Of a DNA stretch of 64,000 nt, positions 27,830-37,679 are shown piece by piece. The number at the start of each line of letters is the position of its first letter. Position 1 is the first letter of the stretch. The stretch covers positions 17,783-81,782 of the forward strand of contig CAZPEP010000005.1 of NCBI GenBank assembly GCA_964585685.1, in the 5' to 3' direction. Under the pieces are notes generated by a model, which saw only the letters and a list, made by a program, of their open reading frames with translations, was not told the DNA's origin and searched no databases. The DNA comes from an uncultured Eubacteriales bacterium. Its GTDB lineage: Bacteria; Acidobacteriota; Aminicenantia; Aminicenantales; Saccharicenantaceae. The position numbers and the translations under genes were made by a program.

Positions 27830-30352
27830 ATGGCGAATATAGATGAAAAGTCCGACGATCCGCTTGAAGAGCTGATCGAGGAACAGAACCAGAAGCTCCA
27901 CATCCCCGGCAAGCTCCCCGTGCTCCTGCTTCGGGACGTCGTGATCTTCCCCTACATGATCGCCCCGCTCTTCGTCGGGCGCGAGAAGTCCAAGGCCGCC
28001 ATCGACCAGAGCCTGGCCGGCAACCGCATGGTCCTCCTCCTGACCCAGAAGGACATGAGCGTCGAGGATCCCAAACGTGAGGAAGTGTATGAAATGGGCA
28101 CGGTCGCCCTGGTCATGCGGATGTTGAAGCTCCCCGATGGCCGGGTCCGCATCCTGGCCCAGGGCCTGATCCGAGCGCGGATCGAGAGCTACGAGGAGGA
28201 AGGACCTTACGTCATGGCCGGCATCTCCGTCGTCCACGAGCCCGACAAGCCCGACAAGTCCGAGAAGACGATCGAAGGCGAGGCCCTCATACGCAACGTC
28301 CGCTCCGGCCTGGAGAAGGCCACCTCGCTCGGCAAGAGCATCCCTCCCGAGGTCCTCATCATTGCCGCCAACATCGACGAGCCGGGCCGGCTGGCCGATC
28401 TGACGGCCAGCAACCTCGAGCTCAAGGTTGAGGAGGCCCAGGAGGCCCTGGAGATCGTCGACCCCCTCCAGCGTCTCAAGAGGGTCTACGAGCACCTGGC
28501 CCGCGAACTTGAGCTCCTCGATGTCCAGACGAAGATCTCGACCGAGGCCAAGGGCGAGATGGACAAGCTCCAGAAGCAGTACTTCCTCCGACAGCAGATG
28601 AAGGCCATCCAGAAGGAGCTCGGCGAGGGGACAGAGATCCAGGAGGAGATCAAGGGCTACCAGGACCGGCTGAAGGGGTTCAAGGTCCCCGACGAGGTCC
28701 GTGAGGAGCTCGAGAAGCAGATCGTCCGTCTGGCCCAGATGCACCCCGAGTCGGCCGAGACGTCGGTCGTCCGCAACTACCTCGACTGGATGTTCTCCCT
28801 GCCCTGGAACAAGACGACCGTCGACAACCTCGACCTCGTCAAGGCCCGCGAGATCCTCGACGAGGACCACTACGGCCTGGGCAAGGTCAAGGAGCGCATC
28901 CTTGAGTACCTCGGCGTCCGCAAGCTCTCCAAGCGGATCAAGGGCCCCATCCTCTGCTTCGTCGGCCCGCCCGGCGTCGGCAAGACCTCACTCGGCAAAT
29001 CCATCGCCAGGGCGCTCGGCCGGAGCTTCATCCGCATCTCGCTCGGCGGCGTCCGGGACGAGGCCGAGGTCCGGGGCCACCGGCGGACGTACGTCGGGGC
29101 CATGCCCGGCCGCATCATCCAGGGCATCCGCCGGGCCGGCTCGAACAATCCCGTGTTCATGATGGACGAGGTCGACAAGATCGGGGCCGATTTCCGGGGG
29201 GACCCGTCCTCGGCCCTCCTCGAGGTCCTCGACCCCGAGCAGAACAACTCCTTCCGCGACCACTACCTCGGCGTGCCCTACGACCTGTCCAAGGTCATGT
29301 TCATCACGACGGCCAACCTCCTCGACCCCATCCAGCCCGCCTTCCGCGACCGGATGGAGGTCCTGGAGCTCCCCGGCTACACCGAAGAGGAGAAACTCGA
29401 GATCGCCAAAAAGCACCTCATCCCTAAGCAGGTCTCCGAAAACGCCCTGAGCGAAAAGCTCATCGAGATCACCGACGGGGCGGTCAAGAAGATCACCTCG
29501 CTCTACACCCGGGAGGCCGGCGTCCGTAACCTGGAGCGCGAGATCGCCTCCGTCTGCCGGAAGGTGGCCCGCAAGGTCGCCGAGGGGCGAAAGACCCTGA
29601 CCCGGATCACGTCCCAGAACGTCGAATCCCTCCTCGGCCCGCCCAAGATCTTCAAGGACCAGCTCCTCCGCAAGGACCAGGTCGGGGTCGCCACCGGCCT
29701 CGCCTGGACCGAAGCCGGCGGCGAGATCCTCTTCGTCGAGTCGATGAAGATGCAGGGGAAGGGGAACCTCTCCCTCACGGGCTCTCTAGGCGACGTCATG
29801 AAGGAATCCGCCCAGGCCGCACTAAGCTACACCCGGGCTCACGCCCGGCAGTTCGGCATCGACAACCGCCTCTTCCAGCAGAACGACTTCCACATCCACA
29901 TCCCTGAGGGCGCCATCCCCAAGGACGGACCGTCGGCCGGCGTCACTATCGCCACGGCCTTCATCTCCCTGTGCACCAACGTCAAGGTCCGCTGGGACGT
30001 GGCCATGACCGGCGAGATCACCCTCCGGGGCAATGTCCTCCCCGTCGGCGGGATCAAGGAGAAGGTCCTGGCGGCCCAGCGCATGGGCATCAAGCGGATG
30101 ATCATGCCCCTGCCGAATAAGAAGGACCTCTTCGACATTCCCAAGAAGGTCCTCAAGACGATGGAATTCATTTATGTCGAGGACGTCAAAGAGGTCCTCG
30201 CCCACGCCCTGGTCGGCAAGGCCTATAAAGGGCGAGACAAAGCTGAGACAAAGGCGAGAGAAGGGCGAGATAAGGGCAAGAGAAAGGCGAAACGGAACCG
30301 AAAGAAAAGCGAGAGAACGGCGCGACATAGGCGAGAAAGGCGCGCCTCGTAG
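27830..30352 (+). CDS. lon: ATP-dependent Lon protease (with unusual ~45-aa basic low-complexity C-terminal tail)
   Basis: 840 aa. LON N-domain, AAA+ module (GPPGVGKTS, Walker B DEVDK), proteolytic domain PKDGPSAGVT...TGEITLRG. Tail KAYKGRDKAETKAREGRDKGKRKAKRNRKK... Confidence 0.9.
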   Translation: MANIDEKSDDPLEELIEEQNQKLHIPGKLPVLLLRDVVIFPYMIAPLFVGREKSKAAIDQSLAGNRMVLLLTQKDMSVEDPKREEVYEMGTVALVMRMLKLPDGRVRILAQGLIRARIESYEEEGPYVMAGISVVHEPDKPDKSEKTIEGEALIRNVRSGLEKATSLGKSIPPEVLIIAANIDEPGRLADLTASNLELKVEEAQEALEIVDPLQRLKRVYEHLARELELLDVQTKISTEAKGEMDKLQKQYFLRQQMKAIQKELGEGTEIQEEIKGYQDRLKGFKVPDEVREELEKQIVRLAQMHPESAETSVVRNYLDWMFSLPWNKTTVDNLDLVKAREILDEDHYGLGKVKERILEYLGVRKLSKRIKGPILCFVGPPGVGKTSLGKSIARALGRSFIRISLGGVRDEAEVRGHRRTYVGAMPGRIIQGIRRAGSNNPVFMMDEVDKIGADFRGDPSSALLEVLDPEQNNSFRDHYLGVPYDLSKVMFITTANLLDPIQPAFRDRMEVLELPGYTEEEKLEIAKKHLIPKQVSENALSEKLIEITDGAVKKITSLYTREAGVRNLEREIASVCRKVARKVAEGRKTLTRITSQNVESLLGPPKIFKDQLLRKDQVGVATGLAWTEAGGEILFVESMKMQGKGNLSLTGSLGDVMKESAQAALSYTRAHARQFGIDNRLFQQNDFHIHIPEGAIPKDGPSAGVTIATAFISLCTNVKVRWDVAMTGEITLRGNVLPVGGIKEKVLAAQRMGIKRMIMPLPNKKDLFDIPKKVLKTMEFIYVEDVKEVLAHALVGKAYKGRDKAETKAREGRDKGKRKAKRNRKKSERTARHRRERRAS

Positions 30353-30485
30353 CCGCAGACTTCAGCCTGCGTCTTCTCGCAAGCATAAGGCTACATCAAA
30401 AGACGCTTATGGACAGTAAAGAGTAGCGAGATACGCGAGAGATGCGAGACGCAACGCTAACATCCAGCTTCGAACCCTCTTCACG

Positions 30486-31460
30486 ATGAGATTGCGCAAG
30501 CTCGGCGAGCGGGAACTGCTGGCGGTCATACGCAGGCATTTCTCCGTCCCCAGGAAGGACGTCCTCCTCGGCATCGGGGACGACGCGGCCATCCTCAAGC
30601 CGGGCCCTGGCAGGCTCCTCGTGACCAAGGATCTCCTCGTCGAGGGCTACGATTTTATCCTTTCGCTCCACGACCCCCGGCTCCTCGGCCGCAAGAGCCT
30701 CAACGTCAACATCAGCGACATCGCCGCCATGGGCGGGCGCCCGCTCTATGCGGTCCTGGGCCTGGGGTTTCCGAGCGAGATTTCGCTCGACTGGGTCGTC
30801 GAGTTCTTCGCCGGCCTCAAGGAGGCTGGCCGGGCGTCGGGCGTCGTCCTCGTCGGGGGCGACCTGTCCCAGGCCCGTCGGGTCTTCATCTCCGTGACGG
30901 TGATCGGCCGGGCCGGGAAGGCCATCCTCAGGAACGGAGCGAGGCCCGGGGATCACATTTTCGTGTCCGGGTCGCTCGGGGACTCCAAGCAGGGGTTCCT
31001 GCTCTATAAAAAAGGACACCGGCTGGGCGAGAGCGCGACGACCAACTTCTTCCTGCGGGCGTTCCTGGACCCCAAGCCGCAGACCGCCCTGGGCCTCGAG
31101 CTCGCGCGGCGGCGGGCCGCTTCGGCGATGATCGACTGCTCGGACGGGTTATCCGTCGACCTCAATAATATCTGCCAGGCGAGCCGCGCCGGCGCCGAGA
31201 TCGACCCCCTCCGGATCCCTCTTTCGCGGACCCTGAAGGCCTTCCGGAAGGATCCCCTCTCCCTGGCCCTGCACGGCGGCGAGGACTTCCAGCTCCTATT
31301 CACGGTCCGGCCGGCCGCCCTGCCGCGGCTCGAGCCTCTGCGGAAGAAGTTCCGATTGACGGAGATCGGCCGGATCGTCGCCGAGAAGGGAATCTGGACC
31401 GTGGACGCCCGCGGCCGCCGCAAGGTGCTCGAGATCAAGGGTTACGAGCACTTCAAGTAG
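30486..31460 (+). CDS. thiL: thiamine-monophosphate kinase
   Basis: 324 aa. AIR-synthase-related fold with LGIGDDAAIL...LLVTKDLLVEGYDF...NISDIAAMGGRPLYAVLGLGFP, characteristic of ThiL. Confidence 0.8.
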   Translation: MRLRKLGERELLAVIRRHFSVPRKDVLLGIGDDAAILKPGPGRLLVTKDLLVEGYDFILSLHDPRLLGRKSLNVNISDIAAMGGRPLYAVLGLGFPSEISLDWVVEFFAGLKEAGRASGVVLVGGDLSQARRVFISVTVIGRAGKAILRNGARPGDHIFVSGSLGDSKQGFLLYKKGHRLGESATTNFFLRAFLDPKPQTALGLELARRRAASAMIDCSDGLSVDLNNICQASRAGAEIDPLRIPLSRTLKAFRKDPLSLALHGGEDFQLLFTVRPAALPRLEPLRKKFRLTEIGRIVAEKGIWTVDARGRRKVLEIKGYEHFK

Positions 31461-31470
31461 GCTCGGAAGG

Positions 31471-31860
31471 CCGCCCCTTGCCCGATAAATCCCCCCGTGC
31501 CCCCCTTTTCCAAAGGGGGGTAATCAGTGAAGATTCCCTATAGTTCGCCATATGTTACGCCATAATGCGCCCCTGCTAGTATGCCCTGCTGAGACGCCCC
31601 TGTTGGTATGCCCCTTGCCCGATAAATCCCCCCCGTGCCCCCCTTTTCCAAAGGGGCGTAATCAGTTTTCCAAGGGGGGGGTAATCGTGGACGTTTTCCC
31701 GACGGGAAGGAATGGAAGGCGATACGGAATAACTCCCCCCTTTACTAAACCGAGATTGGGAGGAGAATTACGTACTCCCTCTATAACCGGGAATCGGGGG
31801 GATTTAGTGCCCCCCTTTACAAAAGGGGGGATTGGGGGGATTTATGCGAGTGATCTTTAT
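31471..31860. repeat. MITE-like composite of G/C-run hairpin repeats with inverted termini (GATAAATCCCCCC...CCCCCCTTTT-CCA-AAAGGGGGG)
   Basis: Direct repeats CCCCTTGCCCGATAAATCCCCCCGTGCCCCCCTTTTCCAAAGGGG.GTAATCAG at 31471-31527 and 31611-31668. Inverted partner GGGGGATTTAGTGCCCCCCTTTACAAAAGGGGGGATTGGGGGGATTTATGCG at 31796-31849. Intergenic between thiL and dapF. Confidence 0.6.
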
Positions 31861-32702
31861 CCGAAATATTCGCTGAGGAAGACGACCTCGGCCGGGCCGG
31901 ACTGAAAGATGCGCTCGTTCTCCCAGCGGACCGTGAGCTGGCCGAGGCTCGTCCAGACTTTGACCTCGTTCGTGGTCAGGCCCTTGAGCATCGCGGCGAC
32001 GGCGGCGGCGCAGGAGCCGCTCCCGGAGGACATGGTCTCACCGACGCCACGCTCCCAGAACAGGACCTCGATCTCCTGCTTGTTGATCGCCCGGACGAAT
32101 TCCACGTTCGTCCTGTTGGGGAAGAAGGGGTGGGATTCGATCTCGAGGCCGATCTGGTTCCAGAGGACGCGGGCGGGGAAGAAGCGCTCGACGAAGACAC
32201 TGCAGTGGGGGTTTCCGACGTTGACGCAGGTGACGGCGAGGACCCTCTGCTGGATGGTCAGGGGATAGTCGACGATCCGGTCGTGGACCGACCCGTCGTC
32301 GAAGGGGATCTCCCCCGAAGCGAACCGCGGGACCCCCATGTCGACCCGGAAGGAGAAAAGGGTGCCGTCCCTGGTCAGGAGTTCGCAGGGGCGGTCTCCG
32401 GCGGACGTCGTGAAGAGGATGCGGGGGGCCGTGACCGTCCCGTCGTGATAGAGGGTGGCGGCGGCGCATCGAAGGCCGTTCCCCGAGATCTCGGCTTCCG
32501 TGCCGTCGGCGTTGAAGATGCGGAAGCCGACCCGGCAGGCCGCCGCGTCCTCGACCGAGATGAAGAGCACGCCGTCGGCCCCAGCGCCGGTGTGGCGGTC
32601 GCAGAGCTTTCGTACCAAGTCGCCGGCCCCATCGCCCGGGGCGGGGCTCCGCCGGATGACCAGGAAATCGTTGCCGAGAGAATGGGCCTTGGCGATCTCC
32701 AT
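31857..32702 (-). CDS. dapF: diaminopimelate epimerase
   Basis: Real protein starts MEIAKAHSLGNDFLVI (ATG at 32702) and runs ~281 aa with DapF architecture (GNDF, ...GSGSCAA...). The 416-aa ORF in the track is an upstream in-frame read-through overlapping htrA. Confidence 0.8.
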   Translation of the reverse strand: MEIAKAHSLGNDFLVIRRSPAPGDGAGDLVRKLCDRHTGAGADGVLFISVEDAAACRVGFRIFNADGTEAEISGNGLRCAAATLYHDGTVTAPRILFTTSAGDRPCELLTRDGTLFSFRVDMGVPRFASGEIPFDDGSVHDRIVDYPLTIQQRVLAVTCVNVGNPHCSVFVERFFPARVLWNQIGLEIESHPFFPNRTNVEFVRAINKQEIEVLFWERGVGETMSSGSGSCAAAVAAMLKGLTTNEVKVWTSLGQLTVRWENERIFQSGPAEVVFLSEYFG

Positions 32703-34216
32703 CAGGAAACTTTCAACGGGATGATCATGTCCTGGGACTGGCCGTCGCCCTCCCTCCGGACGAGGAGGATGATCTCTTCGCCCGAGGGCGTCTTCTTCAG
32801 GATGCCCTCGAACTCGCTGACGGTGGCGACCTTCTTCCGGTTGACCTCGAGGATGATGTCGCCGGTCGTGAGCCCCGCCTTGTCGGCCTCGCTGTAGTTC
32901 CGGACCTCGGTGACGAGGAGCCCTTCGAGCGTCCGGTAGCCGTAGCGGCGGGCCAGGCTTGGCGTTATGGGGGTCAAGGACAGCCCTACATCCTTGTCGG
33001 AGCTCGTCGCCTGACCCTTCTCGACCTCGGGGTCCATCTCCTCGATGGTCGGTGCGAGCGTGATCTCCTTGCCGTCGCGGATGACCTTGATGCTGATCTT
33101 CTTCCACGGCTCGATGTCGGCGATCTTGAACTTGAGGTCGTTGCTGTCCTCGATGGGTTGGCCGCTGATCTCAACGATGACGTCGTACTGCTTGAAGCCG
33201 GCCTTTTCAGCCGGGCCGTCGGGTTCGATCGTCGTGATGATGGCGCCCTTCGAGGCCTTGATCCCGAACTGCTTGCGCATGCCGTCTGTCACGTTCTGCA
33301 TGACGACGCCAAGGCGGCCCCGGGTTACCTTGCCCTTGTCCTTGAGCTGGGCGATGATCTTTTTAGCCATGTTGGAGGGGATGGCGAAGCCGATGCCGAT
33401 GTTCCCGCCGGTCGGCGAGAGGATGTTGCTGTTGATGCCGATGACCTCGCCCCGCATGTTGACCAGCGGGCCGCCGGAGTTCCCCCGGTTGATGGCCGCG
33501 TCGGTTTGGATGAAATCCTGGTAGGTCGGGACGTTCATGCCCACGCCGAGCTGGCGCCCCTTGGCGGAGACGATCCCCGCGGTCACGGTGTGCTCCATGC
33601 CCAGCGGGTTGCCGATGGCGAGGACCCACTCGCCGACCTTGACCTGCGCGGAGTCTCCCAACGTCGCGAAGGGCAGGTCCTTGGCCTCGATCTTGAGAAG
33701 GGCCAGGTCGGTCTTGGGGTCCGCCCCGACGACCTTGGCTTCGTAGTCCTTCCCCTGGAGGGTCGTGATCGTGTTCTTGACCGAATCCTCGGCGATGTGA
33801 TTATTGGTCAGGATATAGCCGTCGGCCGTGATGAAGAACCCCGTCCCCTGGACGGCACTCCGGTATTCCTGGGGCTGGCGTGGCGCGGGGCGGCCGAAGA
33901 ACCGGTCCCAGAAGTCGTCGAACGGGAACTGGTCCTCGAATCCCTGCTGCTGTTGGGCTTTTTCCTTGTGTTCGCTGACGATCTTGACGACCGCCGGCCC
34001 GACCTTCTCGGAGATCCCGACGAAGTCGAGGTCCGTCCGGACCTCGGGGGTCGCCGAGGCATATAGGTTCGTCGATACGGCCGGAGCCGAGGGAGAGACG
34101 GTGGCGGCCGCCGGGGGGGCGGAGTGCTGTTCGGGCAGATATACGAATACGTATCCTGCCGCGAGAAGTCCCAGGGCGAAACCGGCTAAAGCTACCCAGA
34201 CGAATTTTCTCATGTG
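32702..34216 (-). CDS. htrA: periplasmic serine endoprotease DegP/HtrA (trypsin-like domain plus two PDZ domains)
   Basis: Signal/TM MRKFVWVALAGFALGLLAAG, catalytic triad context (TNNHIA...DLALLKI...GNSGGPLVN) and two PDZ segments. Stop overlaps dapF start (ATGA). Confidence 0.8.
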   Translation of the reverse strand, partial: HMRKFVWVALAGFALGLLAAGYVFVYLPEQHSAPPAAATVSPSAPAVSTNLYASATPEVRTDLDFVGISEKVGPAVVKIVSEHKEKAQQQQGFEDQFPFDDFWDRFFGRPAPRQPQEYRSAVQGTGFFITADGYILTNNHIAEDSVKNTITTLQGKDYEAKVVGADPKTDLALLKIEAKDLPFATLGDSAQVKVGEWVLAIGNPLGMEHTVTAGIVSAKGRQLGVGMNVPTYQDFIQTDAAINRGNSGGPLVNMRGEVIGINSNILSPTGGNIGIGFAIPSNMAKKIIAQLKDKGKVTRGRLGVVMQNVTDGMRKQFGIKASKGAIITTIEPDGPAEKAGFKQYDVIVEISGQPIEDSNDLKFKIADIEPWKKISIKVIRDGKEITLAPTIEEMDPEVEKGQATSSDKDVGLSLTPITPSLARRYGYRTLEGLLVTEVRNYSEADKAGLTTGDIILEVNRKKVATVSEFEGILKKTPSGEEIILLVRREGDGQSQDMIIPLKVS

Positions 34217-34381
34217 TCCCTCCGGAGCATAAACTCTGAAACTAGCATATCCATCGGAAAAATACAACGTCCTAACCTCTTTCTAACGCGTCTCGGTCCA
34301 GAACGTTGCATTCGGCCCGCCTTCGGGTTAGCATGAAAAGGTTCCCGGTCCCGGGTCTTGGGCCCTGGTTGAATTGGAGTC

Positions 34382-34477
34382 GCAGGCTTTAGCCTGCGGG
34401 AGGCTTTGGCGTGCGTCTCGGCTTGGGTCGCAACCATTAGGTTGCTTCTTCGACGGAAGCTCAGGCTAAAGCTTGAG
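34382..34477. repeat. two copies of palindromic motif AGGCTWWAGCCT (GCAGGCTTTAGCCTGC at 34382-34397; CTCAGGCTAAAGCTTGAG at 34459-34477) in divergent htrA/tmk intergenic region
   Basis: Perfect or near-perfect inverted repeats. Same motif recurs at 40121-40139, 40184-40214 and 45468-45488. Confidence 0.45.
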
Positions 34478-34521
34478 ATAACAGCGGTTGCGCAGCTTCA
34501 GCCTGTGCTTATCGTGAAGCC

Positions 34522-35145
34522 ATGAGAAAGACCGATACGAAACAACTGTGCGAAAAGCGCGGCCGTCTCATCGTCCTCGAGGGCATCGATGGCTCGGGGA
34601 AGTCCACCCAGGCGAAGCTCCTCGTCAGGCGGCTCGCGGCCCGGGGGATCCGAACGGCCCTCTTTCGGGAGCCGACGCGCGGGAAATGGGGCCGGTTGAT
34701 CCGGGAGAAAGCCCGGAGGGCGGGCTCCCTGACGCCGGAGGAAGAGCTCGACCTCTTCGTCAAGGACCGCCGGGAGAATGTCGAACGGAACCTCAAGCCT
34801 GCCTTGGCCGCCGGGAAGACGGTCGTCCTTGACCGCTACTATTTTTCGACCATCGCTTACCAGGGGGCCAAGGGCATCGACCCTGGGCGCATCCGGAGAA
34901 TGAACGAGCGTTTCGCCGTTCGTCCGGACCTCGTTTTCATCGTCGATATCGAAGCGGGGAGGGGATTGGCCAGGATCGGCGGCCGGGGCCGCCGGGACGA
35001 GCTCTTCGAGCGCGAGGACTACCTGGCCCGCGTCCGCGAGATCTTCAGAGGGTTCCGCGGCCGAAAATTCGTGCATATCGACGGCAACAGGGATATCAGG
35101 GAGATCAGCGACGAGATCCTCAGAGGGGTCAGGTCTAAAATTTAA
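34522..35145 (+). CDS. tmk: thymidylate kinase
   Basis: 207 aa. P-loop LIVLEGIDGSGKSTQ, DRY motif (VVLDRYYFSTIAYQGA), LID-region arginines. Confidence 0.85.
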   Translation: MRKTDTKQLCEKRGRLIVLEGIDGSGKSTQAKLLVRRLAARGIRTALFREPTRGKWGRLIREKARRAGSLTPEEELDLFVKDRRENVERNLKPALAAGKTVVLDRYYFSTIAYQGAKGIDPGRIRRMNERFAVRPDLVFIVDIEAGRGLARIGGRGRRDELFEREDYLARVREIFRGFRGRKFVHIDGNRDIREISDEILRGVRSKI

Positions 35146-35219
35146 ACTTTTCGGTCGGCCAAAAAGTTGAATGTTGAGACCTGACCCCTCAGCTTTGCTA
35201 TAATTGACCGGTAAGACCC

Positions 35220-37619
35220 ATGAAGATTCCCAATCTCAAGTTAAAGATCCGCAAGCTCGGGAAGTCCGGCTGGCTCCGCGTCCTGCTCCTCATTCTTGCC
35301 GCGGGGGCGACCTGCGCCCTGGGGGCCATGTTCGGTGCCTACATGGCCATCCGGAACAACCTCCCGTCGGTCGATCAGATCGAGAACCTCCGGCCCAAGA
35401 TCATCACGACGATCCTGTCCGACAAGGGCGAGGCCGTCAAAGAGTTCGCCGAGGAGCGGCGGATCGAGGTGCCGTATGCCAGCATCCCCGACGTCCTGAA
35501 GGAGGCCATCATTGCCACCGAAGACCCCCGGTTCTACGCCCACAAGGGCGTGGATTACGTGGGCATCCTCCGGGCGGTCAAGGAAGACATCGTCAAGATC
35601 GGGCGCGGCTCGCTCCGCCGGCCCCAAGGCGGGAGCACCATCACCCAGCAGTTGGCCCGGTCGCTGTTCCTCTACTCCAAGCAGACCATCCGGCGGAAGC
35701 TCAAGGAGATGGCCGTCGCCTTGCGCATCGAGCAGAAATATTCCAAGGAGAGGATCCTTGAGCTCTACTGCAACCAGTTCTACCTCGGCCACGGCGCCTA
35801 CGGCGTCGAGTCCGCTTCGAATCTCTATTTCGGCAAGAGCGTTTCGGCCCTTGACCTCGACGAAGCGGCCCTGATCGCGGGCATCTTCCGGGGGCCGTCG
35901 GTCTATTCCCCATACACGAACGCCGAGAGGACCCTTCAGCGCCGCAACCACGTCCTCAACCGGATGGCCGAGGAGGGGTACATCGCCAAGGGTCAGGCCG
36001 AGGCGGCCAAGGCCCGGCCGATCAGCGTCCTGCCGCTCCGCCGGACAAGCGCCGAGGTCGGAGCCTATTTCTTCGAGGAGGTCCGCCGGTACCTCGAAAA
36101 GAACTACGGCGCCGACGCCCTCTACAACGCCGGCCTCAAGGTTTATACGACCCTCGATCCGGAGCTCCAGAAATATGCCGAGGATTCCCTGCGGGCCGGG
36201 CTCCGGGCCCAGGACAAGAAGCGGGGCTGGCGGCGAGACAAGCAGAACCTCCTCGCCGAGGGGACGGCCGACCTCCGGGCCATCTGGCTGGAAAGCTGGG
36301 CGACCCACGCGATCGAGACCGGCGAGGTCGCGGACGCCGTCGTCCTGAGCGCCGGCAAGGCCGAGGCCGTCGTCCGCCTCAAGGACCGCGTCGGCCGGAT
36401 GACGAGCAAGGGTATCGAGTGGACCAAGGCCCGGAACCTCGACGCCCTGATCCGGCCCGGGGACGTCATCCAGGTCCAGGTGAAGACGGTCCCCTCCGGG
36501 GACGGGGAGCTCGTCGTCGCCTTGGACCAGGAACCCCAGGTCGAGGGGGCCTTCCTGGTCATCGACCCCCCGACCGGGCAGATCAAGGCGATGACCGGCG
36601 GCTATTCCTACCGCCGAAGCCAGTTCAACCGGGCGACCCAGGCCCTCCGTCAGACGGGGTCGGTCATCAAGCCCTTCCTCTACACGGCCGCCGTCGAGAA
36701 CGGATTCACCCCGGCGACCATCATCCAGGACGAGCCGGTGACGTTCAATGACAGGTGGACGGGGGAGCCTTGGACGCCCCGGAACTACGATCGGGTATAC
36801 AAGGGTTCGGTGACCCTCCGCAAGGGCCTCGAGGAGTCGCGGAACGTCGTCACGGCCCGGATCCTGGACTACATCTCGCCCCAGGTCGGTGTCGATTACT
36901 GCCGCCGGTTCGGCCTGACCTCGGCCATCTACCCCTACCTTTCGCTATCGCTCGGAACCTTCGAGGTCACGCTCCTCGAGCTCGTCTCGGGCTTTTCGGC
37001 CTTTCCCAACAAGGGCGTCCGGGTCAAGCCCTGCTTCATCACCCGCATCGAGGACAAGGGCGGCAACGTCCTCGAGGAGAACAAGGTCGAATCCGAGGAG
37101 GTCATGCCGCCCCAGACGGCCTACATGATGACTTATCTCCTCCAAGGCGTCGTCCGGGAGGGGACGGCTGCGGCCGCCGCCGCCCTCGGCTGGCCGCTGG
37201 CCGGCAAGACGGGGACCACGGACAAATACACCGACGCCTGGTACATGGGATTCTCGCCCACGATGTGCGCGGGCGTCTGGGTCGGCTACGACACCAAGAT
37301 CACCCTGGGCGAGCGCCAGTCCGGTGCCGCCGTCGCCCTGCCCATCTGGATCGACTTCTTCGGGAAGGTCGTCGAATCGCGGAAGAAAGACGCTGTGGTC
37401 CGCGGCGTCGAGCTCGTCCCCGAGGACTTCGAGGTTCCGCCCAACCTGAGCTTTATCGAGATCGATCGCAAAACCGGCCTCCTGGCGACGCCCATCTGCC
37501 GTTTCCCCCTTCTCGAGGTCTTCTTCCCGGGCACCGAGCCCTCCCGCTTCTGCACGAACCAGGACCACCTCAGGATCCTGGACTATTACTCGCAGGAAAC
37601 CGCCCGCGAAGAACATTGA
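35220..37619 (+). CDS. mrcA: class A penicillin-binding protein (PBP1A; glycosyltransferase + transpeptidase)
   Basis: 799 aa. N-terminal TM anchor, GT51 motifs (EDPRFYAHKGVDYVGILRA, GGSTITQQLAR, RKLKEM), transpeptidase motifs (SVIKPF, SRN, KTGTT). Confidence 0.85.
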   Translation: MKIPNLKLKIRKLGKSGWLRVLLLILAAGATCALGAMFGAYMAIRNNLPSVDQIENLRPKIITTILSDKGEAVKEFAEERRIEVPYASIPDVLKEAIIATEDPRFYAHKGVDYVGILRAVKEDIVKIGRGSLRRPQGGSTITQQLARSLFLYSKQTIRRKLKEMAVALRIEQKYSKERILELYCNQFYLGHGAYGVESASNLYFGKSVSALDLDEAALIAGIFRGPSVYSPYTNAERTLQRRNHVLNRMAEEGYIAKGQAEAAKARPISVLPLRRTSAEVGAYFFEEVRRYLEKNYGADALYNAGLKVYTTLDPELQKYAEDSLRAGLRAQDKKRGWRRDKQNLLAEGTADLRAIWLESWATHAIETGEVADAVVLSAGKAEAVVRLKDRVGRMTSKGIEWTKARNLDALIRPGDVIQVQVKTVPSGDGELVVALDQEPQVEGAFLVIDPPTGQIKAMTGGYSYRRSQFNRATQALRQTGSVIKPFLYTAAVENGFTPATIIQDEPVTFNDRWTGEPWTPRNYDRVYKGSVTLRKGLEESRNVVTARILDYISPQVGVDYCRRFGLTSAIYPYLSLSLGTFEVTLLELVSGFSAFPNKGVRVKPCFITRIEDKGGNVLEENKVESEEVMPPQTAYMMTYLLQGVVREGTAAAAAALGWPLAGKTGTTDKYTDAWYMGFSPTMCAGVWVGYDTKITLGERQSGAAVALPIWIDFFGKVVESRKKDAVVRGVELVPEDFEVPPNLSFIEIDRKTGLLATPICRFPLLEVFFPGTEPSRFCTNQDHLRILDYYSQETAREEH

Positions 37620-37620
37620 A

Positions 37621-37665
37621 GGGGCCCCCCTCCCCCGGGGGAGGGGGAAGGGGGCCCGAGGGGAT
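37621..37665. terminator. bidirectional GC-rich palindromic hairpin between convergent mrcA and FecR-like genes
   Basis: GGGGCCCCCCTCCCCCGGGGGAGGGGGAAGGGGGCCC contains the perfect palindrome CCTCCCCCGGGGGAGG. It belongs to the G/C-run hairpin repeat family. Confidence 0.5.
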
Positions 37666-37679
37666 TAAAACAGAGGAGG

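Noticed and set aside
31857-33107. 416-aa version of the dapF ORF
   Set aside because: The N-terminal 135 aa are Arg/Gly/His-rich read-through that overlaps the htrA coding region. The true DapF begins at MEIAKAH (ATG 32702) with a 4-bp overlap on the htrA stop.
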